64,000 bases of DNA, taken from an uncultured Candidatus Saccharibacteria bacterium. GTDB taxonomy: Bacteria; Patescibacteriota; Minisyncoccia; UBA6257; 2-01-FULL-56-20. A program made the position numbers and the translations under genes. Each line of letters opens with the position of its first letter. Position 1 is the first letter of the stretch. The stretch spans positions 8 through 64,007 of the forward strand of contig CAYHXC010000008.1 of the NCBI GenBank assembly GCA_964360585.1. Direction: 5' to 3'. Shown here one piece after another: positions 45,727-55,148 of this stretch. Below the pieces are notes generated by a model. The model had not been told where the DNA came from. It did not search any database and saw only the letters and a program-made list of their open reading frames with translations.

Positions 45727-47154
45727 ATGTCACAGCGGTCTGATTCGTTGCCCACCATCTTCGTCATCTTTGGCGCCACTGGCGACTTGGCGAGTAAAAA
45801 AATTCTCCCCGCCCTCTACCGTCTCCACGCCAAGAAACTTCTCCCTCCCCTTTTTCAGATCGTCGCTTTTTCACGGCAACAGCTCACTCCGGACGATTTT
45901 CGAAAAAAAGTTCGCGAGCTTCCGGCATTTAAAAATCATCGCCACAGCTCCAGTCTCACTTCCTTTTTAAAACTCATTACCTACACCCAGGGAGTGTTCG
46001 GGGAAAAGAAGGGGTATGAAAATCTGGCGACGCTCTTGGGCGCCAAAGATCAAGCCTGGCGAACCTGCGCCAATAAACTGTTTTACCTCTCCACCTCGCC
46101 GGAACACTACGTTACGATCTTTAACCACTTAAAGAGTTTCGGCCTTACCATCCCGTGCAGTCCCGAAGAGGGCTGGACACGAGTCGTCGTTGAAAAACCG
46201 TTTGGTAAAGACACCAAGACGGCCGAAGCACTCGATCTTTTGATGGGCAAACTGTTCAAGGAAGAACAGATCTATCGTATCGACCACTATCTCGGCAAAG
46301 AAACCGTCCAGAATATTCTGGCTTTTCGTTTTTCAAACTCAATTTTCGAGCCCGCTTGGAATCATAATCACATCGAAGCCATCTCGGTTCGCGTTCTTGA
46401 AAAAGACGGCATCGGTTCGCGCGGTGAGTTCTATGACGCCACGGGCGCCCTCCGCGACTTCGGACAAAACCATCTTCTCCAACTGCTGGCGCTCTTTACC
46501 ATGGATAATCCCGGCACGCTTGATGCCAAAAAGATTCACCGGAAACGCGCGGAAATTATCCAGGCCCTTCAGCCGTTTACTTTAAAAGACGTGGCCCAAC
46601 ACTCGGTTCGCGGCCAGTACGCAGGATACAAAAAACAATCGACCATTTCTCCCCGCTCGCTCACCGAAACCTACTTCCGCCTCCAGGCAAACCTCACTAC
46701 GCCGCGCTGGAAAGGCGTCCGCGTTTATTTGGAAAGCGGTAAAAAAATGTTCCAGTCGCTCGCGACCGTCACCGTCACCTTCAAATCCCCCACACCCTGC
46801 CTCTGTCCGGCGATCGGCGAAACTACTCATTACCAAAATGTCTTGAAGTACCACATCCAGCCGGACGAAAAAATAAAAATCTCTTTCTGGGTCAAAAAAC
46901 CGGGAACGGAAATGTTGGTTGAGGAACGCGATTTTGAATTTGATTACAAACGCGCCTATCCCGGCGCCGGTTTTCTCGATCCGTACGACAAGCTCCTCCA
47001 GGATGTAATCGAGGGGAACCAAACACTGTTTGTTTCGACCGAGGAGATCAAGGCCAGCTGGCAGTTTATTGATCCGATTGTTCGCGGCTGGAAACGGAAT
47101 GCCACACCACTCATCATCTACAAACCGGGTCAGAAGGAAATGAATCTGTATTAA
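45727..47154 (+). CDS. zwf: Glucose-6-phosphate dehydrogenase
   Basis: FGATGDLA, EKPFG, YRIDHYLGKE, QNHLLQ. Confidence 0.96.
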   Translation: MSQRSDSLPTIFVIFGATGDLASKKILPALYRLHAKKLLPPLFQIVAFSRQQLTPDDFRKKVRELPAFKNHRHSSSLTSFLKLITYTQGVFGEKKGYENLATLLGAKDQAWRTCANKLFYLSTSPEHYVTIFNHLKSFGLTIPCSPEEGWTRVVVEKPFGKDTKTAEALDLLMGKLFKEEQIYRIDHYLGKETVQNILAFRFSNSIFEPAWNHNHIEAISVRVLEKDGIGSRGEFYDATGALRDFGQNHLLQLLALFTMDNPGTLDAKKIHRKRAEIIQALQPFTLKDVAQHSVRGQYAGYKKQSTISPRSLTETYFRLQANLTTPRWKGVRVYLESGKKMFQSLATVTVTFKSPTPCLCPAIGETTHYQNVLKYHIQPDEKIKISFWVKKPGTEMLVEERDFEFDYKRAYPGAGFLDPYDKLLQDVIEGNQTLFVSTEEIKASWQFIDPIVRGWKRNATPLIIYKPGQKEMNLY

Positions 47155-47155
47155 A

Positions 47156-48097
47156 ATGAAAAAAGAAATCGCTTATATCGGTTTGGGAAAGATGGGAAAA
47201 AATATGGTGCTTCGCCTCTTGGAACATGGCTGGCGGGTGCATGTTTTCGATACCGACCAGACAGCAGTTCGAGAAGTCGTAAAAATGGGGGCGCGTCATC
47301 TCGCTTCGCTACAAGAAATTTCCCGCCTTCCAAAACCTCGTCTCGTCTGGGTCATGGTTCCCGCCTTCGTTCCTGCTTCGGCGGGCAAGCCGGCGGGAAA
47401 ACCGGTTGACGACGTTCTCTTCGGAAGGAGTGGTCTTACCTCCATTCTAAAAAAAGGAGATGTCGTTATTGACGGCGGTAACTCGTTTTTCGAAGACACG
47501 CTTCGCCGGGCAAAAAAAGTTCAGGCAAAAAAAATAGAGTTTATGGATATCGGCACGTCTGGCGGACCACGCGGCGCACGAAATGGCGCCTGTCTTATGA
47601 TCGGCGGCGATAAAAAATTATTTATCAGACTGAAACCGCTCTTCGAAGATCTCGCCGCGCCTCACGCCTACGCCCACTGCGGGAAAGCCGGTTCCGGACA
47701 CTTTGTGAAAATGATTCACAATGGAATCGAATACGGCATGATGCAGGCAATTGCTGAAGGATTTAATCTGATGAAACACTCGTCCTTTAAACCGAATTTG
47801 AAAGCAGTGGCTGAACTGTATAATCACAAGAGCGTCGTCGAATCCCGCCTCATTGGCTGGCTTAAGGAAGGATTCGATATCTATGGCGAGAACCTTCAAG
47901 CTATTTCCGGCACTGTTGGCGCAACGGGCGAGGGTGAGTGGACGGTAAAAACGGCGAAAAAAATGAAACTGCCCGTGCCAATTATCGAAGGCTCTTATAT
48001 TTTTCGGTTGCAATCGAAAAAGAACCCAAGCTATGCGGGAAAAGTACTCTCGGTAATGCGCCACCAGTTTGGCGGCCACGAAGCCAAACGGAAGTAG
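47156..48097 (+). CDS. gnd: 6-phosphogluconate dehydrogenase, short type
   Basis: IGLGKMG, IDGGNS, GTSGG, GHFVKMIHNGIEYG, FGGH. Confidence 0.95.
   Translation: MKKEIAYIGLGKMGKNMVLRLLEHGWRVHVFDTDQTAVREVVKMGARHLASLQEISRLPKPRLVWVMVPAFVPASAGKPAGKPVDDVLFGRSGLTSILKKGDVVIDGGNSFFEDTLRRAKKVQAKKIEFMDIGTSGGPRGARNGACLMIGGDKKLFIRLKPLFEDLAAPHAYAHCGKAGSGHFVKMIHNGIEYGMMQAIAEGFNLMKHSSFKPNLKAVAELYNHKSVVESRLIGWLKEGFDIYGENLQAISGTVGATGEGEWTVKTAKKMKLPVPIIEGSYIFRLQSKKNPSYAGKVLSVMRHQFGGHEAKRK
47360..47389 (+). repeat. 30-nt palindromic element inserted in frame in gnd
   Basis: CCCGCCTTCGTTCCTGCTTCGGCGGGCAAG adds PAFVPASAGK before the conserved PAGKPVD. Confidence 0.8.
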
Positions 48098-48151
48098 GAA
48101 AAAAGTGAAAAACAATGTAGTATTAGGGATATAAAAATTCCGCTGTTTCGT

Positions 48152-48886
48152 ATGCCGCAACACAATAAGAACAAACTGTCCAAAAAACCAACCTATCCCC
48201 CAAGGCGCGTTGAGGAGATCCTCGGCCAGCATGAAGACGATACGTCGCCGTGGCGCATTTTCAAGATCATGACCGAGTTCGTCTCCGGCTTTGATTTCTT
48301 AAAGCGCTATGATACGGCGGTGAGCATCTTCGGTTCCGCTCGGTTTAATCCCAAGAGCCACGACTACAAAGAAGCCGAAAAACTGGCCAATCGCTTGGCT
48401 AAAGCCGGCTTTGCGGTGATTACCGGCGGCGGGCCCGGCGTGATGGAAGCGGCGAACCGCGGCGCCTATCTGGCCCATGGCAAGTCGATTGGCTTCAACA
48501 TTCAACTCCCCCAGGAACAACGGATTAATAAGTACGTCACCGACTCCCAGTCATTTTATTACTTTTTCGTTCGCAAGGTGATGCTGGCTTTTGCTTCGGA
48601 AATCTATATCTTTTTCCCCGGCGGTTTCGGCACCATTGATGAGTTTTCGGAAATTGTCACGCTCGTCCAGACTAAAAAAATAAATCCGGTGCCCATTATT
48701 TTGATCGGCAAGGATTTCTGGCAGCCCTTCTTAAACTGGATCGAAGAAACAGTCTACCAGAAGTATCACGCGATTGATCGAGAAGACATGAAGATCTATC
48801 ATATTGTCGACAGCTCTGAAGAAGCTTGGGTCCTTGTTCAATCCCTCATGAAAAAACATAAACTCCAGCGCGGCGATATTCATTAA
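48152..48886 (+). CDS. LOG family (TIGR00730-type) nucleotide phosphoribohydrolase
   Basis: FGSAR, ITGGGPGVMEAANRGA, PGGFGTIDE. Confidence 0.92.
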   Translation: MPQHNKNKLSKKPTYPPRRVEEILGQHEDDTSPWRIFKIMTEFVSGFDFLKRYDTAVSIFGSARFNPKSHDYKEAEKLANRLAKAGFAVITGGGPGVMEAANRGAYLAHGKSIGFNIQLPQEQRINKYVTDSQSFYYFFVRKVMLAFASEIYIFFPGGFGTIDEFSEIVTLVQTKKINPVPIILIGKDFWQPFLNWIEETVYQKYHAIDREDMKIYHIVDSSEEAWVLVQSLMKKHKLQRGDIH

Positions 48887-48890
48887 AACT

Positions 48891-49319
48891 ATGTCTGAAT
48901 CACAGGAAAGTTACGTTAAAAAAGTTCCCAAACCGTGGGGTCACGAAATCCACTGGGTACCGGATGGATTTCCCTACATGGGAAAAATTCTTCACTTGGA
49001 CGCGGGTAAACAAACTTCTCTCCAACGCCACAACAAAAAACAAGAAAGTTGGTTCCTGATGCAGGGTGAGGCGAAAATTATCTGGGATAATCCTGTGGGA
49101 GAGATGGTGGAAACCATGATGCTTCCCGGCCAAGGATATTCCTGCGCGATTGGTCAAAAACACCGCCTCATGGGAGTGACCGATTGCGATATCATCGAGA
49201 TCTCCACGCCGGAAATAGGAATCACGGAACGCCTTGAAGATGATTACCAACGGCCGGATGAGACGGAGGAGATGCGGAAATTGGGTAATCGGGGCTGGGG
49301 AGATCACGACTACGCCTAA
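48891..49319 (+). CDS. Cupin (mannose-6-phosphate isomerase-like)
   Basis: KPWGHE, SLQRH, KHRL, EISTPE, RLEDDY. Confidence 0.85.
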   Translation: MSESQESYVKKVPKPWGHEIHWVPDGFPYMGKILHLDAGKQTSLQRHNKKQESWFLMQGEAKIIWDNPVGEMVETMMLPGQGYSCAIGQKHRLMGVTDCDIIEISTPEIGITERLEDDYQRPDETEEMRKLGNRGWGDHDYA

Positions 49320-49331
49320 TATTTTTCTAGC

Positions 49332-49940
49332 ATGAACCCTCACGATTTTAATTACGTCTTTAAACACTACGCGCCGCGAACCGAGGAAAAAATGCGGGAG
49401 GTTTTGATGAGTCCGAACTCGCCCGGACCAACGTTTCATTACTATATGATTCGCGGCGGAAAGGATCAGAAGAATATTACTGTCTGGGAACCGGGAACCG
49501 TGGACCGCGAGTATATCAAAGCCTATGGCCACTATCACGTTGGCACTATCGACGAAACGTACCGAGTGCTCATGGGAAATGGCGTGGCCTTACTTCAAAA
49601 GCTAGCCGTGGATCAGGAGGGGAAAATGATTCCTGACGTAGTCGAGGAGTTTAAAGCAATCGTTGTCCATCCGGGAGACGAGGTCTACATGCCCCCGGCC
49701 TACGGCCATCTGTTCGCCAACACCGGAGAAACGTATCTCGTCACTTCAGACAATAGTCCGGTTGATTTTGAAGAAAAAGATCCGGCCTCGCTTCCGGGAC
49801 ACGCCGACTACGAGCCGGTGAGAATTATGCACGGATTCGCCTATTATGTTGTCGAGCACGACGGGAAACCGGCGCTCACAAAAAATGGACGCTACAAAGA
49901 AATCCGGAAAGAAGATTTTGGCGGCCTCGCGGTAGTTTAG
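49332..49940 (+). CDS. Cupin-type (archaeal-like) glucose-6-phosphate isomerase
   Basis: EYIKAYGHYH, ETY, PPAYGH, DYEPV...GFAYY. Confidence 0.82.
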   Translation: MNPHDFNYVFKHYAPRTEEKMREVLMSPNSPGPTFHYYMIRGGKDQKNITVWEPGTVDREYIKAYGHYHVGTIDETYRVLMGNGVALLQKLAVDQEGKMIPDVVEEFKAIVVHPGDEVYMPPAYGHLFANTGETYLVTSDNSPVDFEEKDPASLPGHADYEPVRIMHGFAYYVVEHDGKPALTKNGRYKEIRKEDFGGLAVV

Positions 49941-49945
49941 TGGCG

Positions 49946-50632
49946 ATGACGCTTCCCGATAAACCGATCATTGCGGTTTGGAAGCCCAAAGGACCAACCT
50001 CGTTTCGAGTGATTCACGAGCTTCGGAAAATTACGGGCATTACAAAAATCGGCCATGCCGGCACGCTCGATCCGTTGGCCGAAGGTATTTTGATTATCGG
50101 TCTTGGCCGAGAGGGAACGAGACAACTCAACGATCCGGCTTTTAAGGAAAAAGAGTATGAGGCGACTGTAAAACTTGGCGAAACCAGCGCAACTGACGAC
50201 GGCGAAGGGCCGACTGAGAAACAGGAGGTGAAAGATATTCCTGATATCTCTAAAGTAGAACAGGTAATTAAAAAATATATCGGACAGATCAACCAGATTC
50301 CCCCGCCCTACAGCGCCTTGAAAGTTAAGGGGAAAACCGCGTACGCCTTAGCCCGAAAAGGAAAAGTGCTCAATCTTCCCGCCCGGCCGGTCGAGATAAA
50401 AAATATTGAGCTCCAGGATTACACCTGGCCGTTTTTAAAAATAAAAGTTGTAACTGGCCCGGGAGTGTATATTCGCAGTCTGGCGCGCGATATTGGGCGA
50501 GAGCTGGGAACAGGCGGATATCTGACGAAACTCATCCGAACGCGCGTGGGAACGTATACGCGCCGTGAGGCCGAGGAGATCGTAATTCCGTTTACTGCCA
50601 AAAATAAAAAAGAAGAAGCGCCCCAAGAATAA
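49946..50632 (+). CDS. truB: tRNA pseudouridine(55) synthase
   Basis: KPKGPTS, KIGHAGTLDPLAEG, PPPYSALK, GVYIRSLARD. Confidence 0.94.
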   Translation: MTLPDKPIIAVWKPKGPTSFRVIHELRKITGITKIGHAGTLDPLAEGILIIGLGREGTRQLNDPAFKEKEYEATVKLGETSATDDGEGPTEKQEVKDIPDISKVEQVIKKYIGQINQIPPPYSALKVKGKTAYALARKGKVLNLPARPVEIKNIELQDYTWPFLKIKVVTGPGVYIRSLARDIGRELGTGGYLTKLIRTRVGTYTRREAEEIVIPFTAKNKKEEAPQE

Positions 50633-51389
50633 TACGGTAGTAGGCAAAACCGCGGAAACTGTGGCTTTTGATATACCGCATAAAAATTTTAAGAACGGCG
50701 AGGGCAACGAGGAAGGAAACAAGAAAACCGATGGTCAGCAGTTTCAACTCATCATCACTCATAACGGCCTGATATTTCAAAAGGGAGTAGAGAGAAGCCG
50801 CGGCCATAGTGGGCACGGCCAGAAAAAATGAAAACTCGGCTGCCGTGGCTCGGGACAGACCCAAAAGCAGTCCGGCAATAATCGTGGCCGCTGAACGAGA
50901 AACGCCAGGAATAAGCGCGGTACACTGTGCCAGTCCAATCCAAAAAGCGGCGGAGAGATGAATCTGATCGGTCGAAAAAAATCGTTCCATGGTCTTTCGC
51001 CGTTCGGCATAGAGGAGAATCAGTCCGCCGAGGATGAGTGTGGTCGCGACAACCAGCGGCGTAAAAAGATTTTCTTCGATAACCTCCCCCGCCAAAAATC
51101 CGACGACCAAGGCTGGCAGGACACCCACGATCATTCTTCCCCAAACGGCAAGTACTTCTTTTCTTTTTTGCTCGCTCCGCCGGAACGGCCAAAACTGACC
51201 GAAGAATCCGACGACCACCGCGAGAATCGCCCCCAACTGGATAACCACGTCAAACAAAACGGTGAACGCTCCGCCAAAAGAAATCCACTGGTTCACAACA
51301 ATGAGATGTCCGGTCGAGGAGATCGGCAAAAATTCAGTTACCCCCTCAACAATTCCGAGAACAACTGCCTTAAAAATATCTGGTGACAT
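50592..51389 (-). CDS. uppP: Undecaprenyl-diphosphate phosphatase
   Basis: VEGVTEFLPISSTGH, PGVSRSAATI. Confidence 0.95.
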   Translation of the reverse strand: MSPDIFKAVVLGIVEGVTEFLPISSTGHLIVVNQWISFGGAFTVLFDVVIQLGAILAVVVGFFGQFWPFRRSEQKRKEVLAVWGRMIVGVLPALVVGFLAGEVIEENLFTPLVVATTLILGGLILLYAERRKTMERFFSTDQIHLSAAFWIGLAQCTALIPGVSRSAATIIAGLLLGLSRATAAEFSFFLAVPTMAAASLYSLLKYQAVMSDDELKLLTIGFLVSFLVALAVLKIFMRYIKSHSFRGFAYYRIILGALLLFYFWQ

Positions 51390-51453
51390 ACTTCAGGTTA
51401 TGTCTTAATTATACCCCTCTGACCTCAACGAGTCGAAAACAGTCTTCATGAAA

Positions 51454-51879
51454 TTACCGTATGAGAGCGGTAATGAGAACGCCTGCCACAACCAGTCCCC
51501 CGCCTAGAATATTTCCAGTGGTCGGTTTTTCGCCAAGGAAGAGAAGTGCCAGGAGAATCGTAAGACCGACGCTTAACTTGTCTATCGGCGCCACTTTTGA
51601 CGCTTCTCCCAGTTGAAGCGCTTTGTAATAAAAGAGCCAGGAAAGACCGGTCGCGATCGCTGAAAGAATAATAAAAAGATAAGAATGCCCGGAGATCTTC
51701 CAGAGATCGCCTACATTCCCCTGGATCCAGACGATGCCCCAGGCAAAGAGAACGATGATAGCGGTGCGAATGGCGACGGCTAGATTACTGTCCACTCCTT
51801 GGATACCAATTTTCCCGAAAATCGCCACAAGAGAAGCGAAGAATGCGGCGAGAAGCGCGTAGATGACCCAGCTTTCCAT
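51454..51879 (-). CDS. EamA family transporter
   Basis: AIFGKIG, SWLFYYKAL, VAPIDKLS. Confidence 0.88.
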   Translation of the reverse strand: MESWVIYALLAAFFASLVAIFGKIGIQGVDSNLAVAIRTAIIVLFAWGIVWIQGNVGDLWKISGHSYLFIILSAIATGLSWLFYYKALQLGEASKVAPIDKLSVGLTILLALLFLGEKPTTGNILGGGLVVAGVLITALIR

Positions 51880-51884
51880 AATTA

Positions 51885-52310
51885 TTACCACGTACCCAAA
51901 ATGTATCCGAACGTGATAAAGAGTACGAGCTGGTAGCCAGACTGAATAAGAAACCGAGACCAAGCAATCTTTCGAGAGTCGTTGTTCCACATCGCGCTTC
52001 CCGCCACGATCGGCATAATAAATGCCGCCCAGATCCAAAGAGCCGTCTCCAAACTCGAAGCATCAGCCCAGGCCTGAATAAAATGAGCGAGAACGTAAAC
52101 CTGGAAAAGCGTGAGGAGAAATTGCACGAGGTAGAGCGGTCCAGCTTTTTTCTGCATCTCTTTTCGCGCCGCCATATCCTTCGGATTGGCTCCGACAATT
52201 TCCATCCATTTTTTTCCAAAAAGCGGCCCATACCAGATAAATCCGATAACCATCGAGAGAATGCCGCACGCTAAGACTGCCCAGTAATTTATTTGAATTG
52301 TTTCAATCAT
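51885..52310 (-). CDS. DUF1761 family membrane protein
   Basis: INYWAVL...IWYGPLFGKKWM. Confidence 0.85.
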   Translation of the reverse strand: MIETIQINYWAVLACGILSMVIGFIWYGPLFGKKWMEIVGANPKDMAARKEMQKKAGPLYLVQFLLTLFQVYVLAHFIQAWADASSLETALWIWAAFIMPIVAGSAMWNNDSRKIAWSRFLIQSGYQLVLFITFGYILGTW

Positions 52311-52331
52311 AATAAAAGTTAGTTTTTCGAT

Positions 52332-52634
52332 TTATTCTTTTTTCTTATCCAAACGATCCAAACCGATCATCTTTACTCCGTAATAGACGACCAGTGCGAC
52401 TACCAAAAAATCGATAATCACACTCAAGAGATCTCCGTAGAGAATTTTGGCTTCTCCCACGTTAATTGCGGCGGTTTTTAAGCCACCAACCGAACCTAAA
52501 ACTAAACCTAATAATGGATTAATGATATCGGTCACGAGAGCCGTCACGACCTTTGAAACGGCACCGCCTAAAATAAAACCAACGGCCAAACCGACCACCC
52601 CCTGTTCTCGAATAAAATCAATAAATCCTTTCAT
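52332..52634 (-). CDS. mscL: Large-conductance mechanosensitive channel
   Basis: FIDFI...VVGLAVGFILGGAVSKVVTALVTDIINP. Confidence 0.9.
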   Translation of the reverse strand: MKGFIDFIREQGVVGLAVGFILGGAVSKVVTALVTDIINPLLGLVLGSVGGLKTAAINVGEAKILYGDLLSVIIDFLVVALVVYYGVKMIGLDRLDKKKE

Positions 52635-52643
52635 AATAATTAT

Positions 52644-53216
52644 TTAATCAAGATCGGGTTGATGGGGTAACTTAATTTCGAATGAAACCTCATTACTTTT
52701 CTTCCCCCAAGGAATAACGTAAATCTTATACATGCCCGAAAAAAGTGTCAGAAAGTTTTCACACTCACCACCTTTATAAGAAAGATCTTCTTTGCACAAT
52801 TTCGGTTTTAGGGTAGTCGCAATAAAATCATTCGTTGAGTTAGTTTCTCCGTACAGTATCCCTTTCTCACCCTTATCATTTTCTATCCAAGCATTCTTAT
52901 CACCTTCGAATCCCGCCAAATTACATCCATGTATCTGAATGCCTACAAGAGAGGGAAATGAAAGGGCGGAAAAAGATACATAACTAGGCAGAATCGAAGT
53001 AATCACCGGTTGTCCGGGTTCGGGACTGGTTTGCGGATCCACCGAAACACAGGTAGTTGGCGCGGAGGTCGAAGTCGTACTCGAAGTCTGATTATTTTGC
53101 ACCTCGCCGGGAATCGGAGTAGCTGCTTTATTCGTCAAAAGATAATAACTAAGACCTGCCGCCATAGTGGCGACGATAACAAGGAGAATCACCCGAGTCG
53201 TTCCATTTCTACTCAT
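52644..53216 (-). CDS. Membrane-anchored hypothetical protein
   Basis: N-terminal TM, S/T linker, PWGKKSN Ig-like end. Confidence 0.75.
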   Translation of the reverse strand: MSRNGTTRVILLVIVATMAAGLSYYLLTNKAATPIPGEVQNNQTSSTTSTSAPTTCVSVDPQTSPEPGQPVITSILPSYVSFSALSFPSLVGIQIHGCNLAGFEGDKNAWIENDKGEKGILYGETNSTNDFIATTLKPKLCKEDLSYKGGECENFLTLFSGMYKIYVIPWGKKSNEVSFEIKLPHQPDLD

Positions 53217-53256
53217 ATACTTAGTCTACCTTAAGCAAGGGGTTCGGCCAACCGAA

Positions 53257-54117
53257 CTAGGATCGAGTAAAACGCACATAGATTCCCGCCGGAATACATC
53301 GTTCCGAATCCTGTTCGCCTATCTGGAGTTCGCCAAACTCCCCTTTCACTTTCGGGAAAAAATCTTGAACCACCTGTAAAAATGATTGCGGTGAATAACC
53401 AGCGGCATAACCATTCAAGAGGAAAAAGGCATGGGCTTTGGGCGAAAGAATTTTCTTAAGTGCGGCGAGTAATCGCGGAAGATCTTCTTCAATCTTCCAG
53501 ACTTCACCTTTGGCCCCACGGCCAAAAGCCGGAGGATCAAGAATGACTCCATCATAGACTGCACCGCGTCGCACCTCGCGTTCCACAAACTTCAAAGAAT
53601 CATCAAATAAATAGCGAACGCCTCTTTCCGGGATACCGGAAATCCGAGCATTTTCTTCGGCCCATAGATTAGTTTGCTTTGAAGCATCAATGTGCGTGAC
53701 GTTCGCGCCATGCTGTACGGCGACGATACTCGCCACTCCGGTATATCCAAATAAATTTAAAACCTTCGGTTGTGTAATCGTATCGAGATGCTCTCCCAGC
53801 CATCGCCAGTTGACCGCTTGCTCCGGAAAAATTCCGGTGTGCTTAAACGAAGTGAGCCGCACAATACACTGCACGTCATCCCACGACATTTGCCATGCCT
53901 CCGGTGTTTCTCCTTTTTTCCAACTGCCCTTGCCTTCAATAAATCGAAACTCAGCATTCGCCTCCTTCCACAGATGAGGACGCTTCGGCGCCCAGATCGC
54001 CTGCGTTTCGGGACGGATCAAGGTAAAGTCTCCAAAACGCTCAAGCTTGCGATTATCACCCGAGTCGATCAGTTCGTAGTCCTGCCAGCCTTTTACAATG
54101 AGGTCGTTGCGTTTCAT
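53257..54117 (-). CDS. SAM-dependent methyltransferase (RlmI/K-like)
   Basis: YELIDSG..KLERFG, FKHTGIFPEQ, LNLFGYTG, LDPPAFG. Confidence 0.9.
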   Translation of the reverse strand: MKRNDLIVKGWQDYELIDSGDNRKLERFGDFTLIRPETQAIWAPKRPHLWKEANAEFRFIEGKGSWKKGETPEAWQMSWDDVQCIVRLTSFKHTGIFPEQAVNWRWLGEHLDTITQPKVLNLFGYTGVASIVAVQHGANVTHIDASKQTNLWAEENARISGIPERGVRYLFDDSLKFVEREVRRGAVYDGVILDPPAFGRGAKGEVWKIEEDLPRLLAALKKILSPKAHAFFLLNGYAAGYSPQSFLQVVQDFFPKVKGEFGELQIGEQDSERCIPAGIYVRFTRS

Positions 54118-54227
54118 CCCCCCACCTTAAATCCACCACAAAAAGCGGATTCAAATGTATAATAGACGACTTTTTTAAACAGAGACATGGTGATTATTTT
54201 GCGATGAAGGTAGGGGGATTCGTTCCA

Positions 54228-54992
54228 TTATTTATTTTTTCGCAAAGCTGCGCCATGATGTTTGCTCCATTCGAATAAAACCACCGCGGCTGAAACGGAC
54301 ACGTTTAAAGACTCACACCGCGGATTCATTGGGATGCGTAATTTCACATCACACAAATCAAGAGTCTTCTCACGAATTCCCTTACCTTCGTTGCCAACGA
54401 TAAATAACGTCGGCTCCTCAAATTTTTCTTCCGTCACGGCGCGCGATCCTTCCATGATCAAACCGTACGTTCGAAATCCTTCGTTTTTCAGTTTGCCGAT
54501 GGTGTAGTTCACATTACCAATCGAAACTAAGGGCACCCGAAAAGCCATTCCCGCCGAGGCCTTCACCACCGCGCCGGTAATTGGCGCTTGGTTATGGTAG
54601 GGCATCAGAATTCCTGAGGCACCGAAAGCGGCCGCCGAACGGATAATCGCCCCAACATTATGCGGATCAGTCAGCTCGTCCAGCAAAACCAACATTGTCT
54701 CCGGTGTGGTTTTGAGTTCGCGGAAAAAATCATCAAAATCGATCATCAGCCCTGCCGAGTCGACAATGGCCACAATCCCCTGGTGCGCCGCTTCATAGCC
54801 CACCATCTTCTCCGCTTCACGCTCCTTCAATTCTTGAAGCGTCGCGCCCGCTTTTCGCACCAGATTTCGCAGTTCCAAATCGTGGATACGCGGCGAAAAG
54901 AAAACCTTCTTGACTGCGCGCGGATAGTTCAAAAGCGCCTCGCTCAAGGCGTGTTTTCCGTAGATATAGAGCTTTTCAAATTCCTTTTGCAT
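54228..54992 (-). CDS. rlmB: 23S rRNA 2'-O-methyltransferase, TrmH family
   Basis: HQGIVA, DPHNVGAIIRSA, GNEGKG, ESLNVSV. Confidence 0.9.
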   Translation of the reverse strand: MQKEFEKLYIYGKHALSEALLNYPRAVKKVFFSPRIHDLELRNLVRKAGATLQELKEREAEKMVGYEAAHQGIVAIVDSAGLMIDFDDFFRELKTTPETMLVLLDELTDPHNVGAIIRSAAAFGASGILMPYHNQAPITGAVVKASAGMAFRVPLVSIGNVNYTIGKLKNEGFRTYGLIMEGSRAVTEEKFEEPTLFIVGNEGKGIREKTLDLCDVKLRIPMNPRCESLNVSVSAAVVLFEWSKHHGAALRKNK

Positions 54993-55148
54993 CTCTCGAT
55001 GTATACCAGAAATCGCGAGGAAACTCCAGCTTTCGAGAGAAGGCTTGATCGACCGATTAGCTATCGGGAGGAATCTCGATATAGTTCCAAGACTTTCATC
55101 CAATCTTCATCTGTTTTCAAATAATCTAGGCATTGTATACTATATTGT

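Noticed and set aside
55060-55125. Another orphan gene end (LKTDEDWMKVLELYRDSSR*, minus strand); similar fragments at 3715-3785 and 14341-14420
   Set aside because: Protein-like, but no parent gene in this window, so it cannot be supported
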